Positions 61,087 to 64,000 of a DNA stretch of 64,000 nt are shown here, piece after piece. The DNA lies in the NCBI RefSeq assembly GCF_009914755.1, contig NC_060928.1; one strand, 5' to 3'. Within the stretch, counting starts at the first letter, position 1. The number at the start of each line of letters is the position of its first letter. The notes beneath the pieces were generated by a model. The model was not told the origin of the DNA and did no database searches. It saw only the letters and a list, made by a program, of their open reading frames with translations. The translations under genes were made by a program, and so were the position numbers. The stretch comes from the human T2T-CHM13v2.0 reference genome, Homo sapiens.

Positions 61087-62356
61087 CATGAGATTTTTCA
61101 GGTTTAAAAAAAAAAGCAGACAAAATAATTTTTTTGGATTGCAACATATCTTATATATTAAACTCTGTGTGTTCCTAATATTAAAACATTTCAAAAACTT
61201 TTTTGGTTGCCTTTGTGAGGGACCAGGGAACAAACCCATTCTGAAATTTAAATACATGTAAACAATCAAGTATTTGTCCTGACTTTCCTGTATTAACTAC
61301 ACCCCAGAATAAATAGTTGGTAAAGGAAAGTAATTCCAGCTTAAAAATAAAGAAGAAATGACAGAGTTTGAATGTCATCATTTTGCAACCCCTAATGAAA
61401 TAATGGATCCAGACAATGGTTATCAATGACTGCAAACCACTTACATAAAAAGCTGATGGGGGCTGGGCGCAGTGGCTCACGCCTGTAATCCCAGCACTTT
61501 GGGAGGCCGAGGTGGGTGGATCACTTGAGGTCAGGTGTTCGAGACCAGCCTGAGCAACCTGGTGAAACCCCATCTCCACTAAAAATACAAAAATTAGCCG
61601 GGTGTGGTGGCACATGCCTGTAGTCCCAGTTACTCGGGAGGCAGAAGCAGGAGAATCGCTTGAATCCAGGAGGTGGAGGTTTCAGTGAGCCAAGACCGCA
61701 CCACTGCACTCCAGACTAGGTGATGGAGTGAGACTCTGGAGGGGTTTTTTGTTGTTGTTGTTTTTTTTTTCTGAGACTTCATCTCAAAAAAAAAAAGACA
61801 TATCTTACACCAGGCATGGTGTCATGCACCTGTAGTCCAAGCTACTTGGGAGGGTGATGTGGGAGGATGGCTTGAGCACAGGAGTTTGAGACCAACCTGG
61901 ACTACATAGCAAGATCCCCATCTCTAAAAAAATAAATAAAAATTTAAAAACAACGTCTTACTTTTCTTGTATATTTTGTGTGCATTATTGTTTTCCTCAT
62001 TTTTAGTTTGTTTTATTTGGGACAGTCTTGCTCTGTCACCCGGGCTGGAGTGCAGTGGCGCAATCATAGCTCACTATAACCTTGAACTCCTGGGCTCAAA
62101 TGATCCTCCTGCCTCAGCTTTCCAAGTAGCTAGGACTACAGGCATGTGCCACTATGCCCAGCTAACTAAAACAAATTTTGTAGGGATGAGGTCTCACTGT
62201 GTTGCTCAGACTAGTCTTGAACTCTTGGTCTCAAGTGATTCTCCTACCTCAGCTTCCCAAAGTGCTGGGATTACTGGCATAAGCCACTACATCCAGCCCT
62301 ATTTCTAGTAGTTTTATTTACATATATTATAATTTTTAAACACTCAGTAACCTTAG

Positions 62357-62496
62357 TGAAACTGCCTTTGCAAAGATTATGACAGAGAAGTCTAACATGG
62401 TTGACTCCATCTTGTTGCTATCCTTGCTGGCTATCTTTGCTCATTCCTGGGCAAAAGCCAAGCTACCCATGGTAGGAATTTAGTTTATAATTTAAC
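62357..62496 (+). mobile_element. 5' fragment of an LTR8/LTR8A-like ERV1 LTR
   Basis: Begins tgaaactgcctttgcaaagattatgacag...gactccatcttg...ctcattcctgggc...ggaatttagtttata. Confidence 0.75.

Positions 62497-64000
<1,504 letters not shown>

Overview
Primate, almost certainly human, genomic DNA covering the 5' half of SMIM14 (C4orf34, a small ER membrane protein) on the minus strand. The CpG-island promoter and non-coding exon 1 lie at ~52.4-52.9 kb, followed by a 33.6-kb intron 1 and the start-codon exon at 18731-18840 ([25 protein letters not shown]). The remaining exons fall left of the window. Almost everything else is interspersed repeat: roughly 85-90 Alu/FLAM/FAM copies (count by eye), a 5'-truncated L1PA3-like LINE-1 with TSD, old L1M/L2/MIR fragments, MaLR LTRs, Tigger/hAT fossils (MER2, Tigger4-type, MER44, MER1B, MER20B-like), a retroposed U7 snRNA copy, an AT-rich minisatellite, and a deleted MER4-group ERV1 at the right end. 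Nearly all ORFs in the track are Alu or L1 artefacts. I found no convincing new multi-gene system. The most interesting signals are: (1) an apparently A-to-G hypermutated ERV whose skew seems to predate an old Alu-monomer insertion; (2) a self-complementary 8-6-8 minisatellite with AATAAA on both strands, bracketed by a 16-17-bp inverted repeat; (3) a structurally intact U7 retrocopy; (4) a palindromic UPRE/CRE element next to the SMIM14 start. Repeat subfamily names come from remembered consensus sequences and need RepeatMasker/Dfam confirmation.
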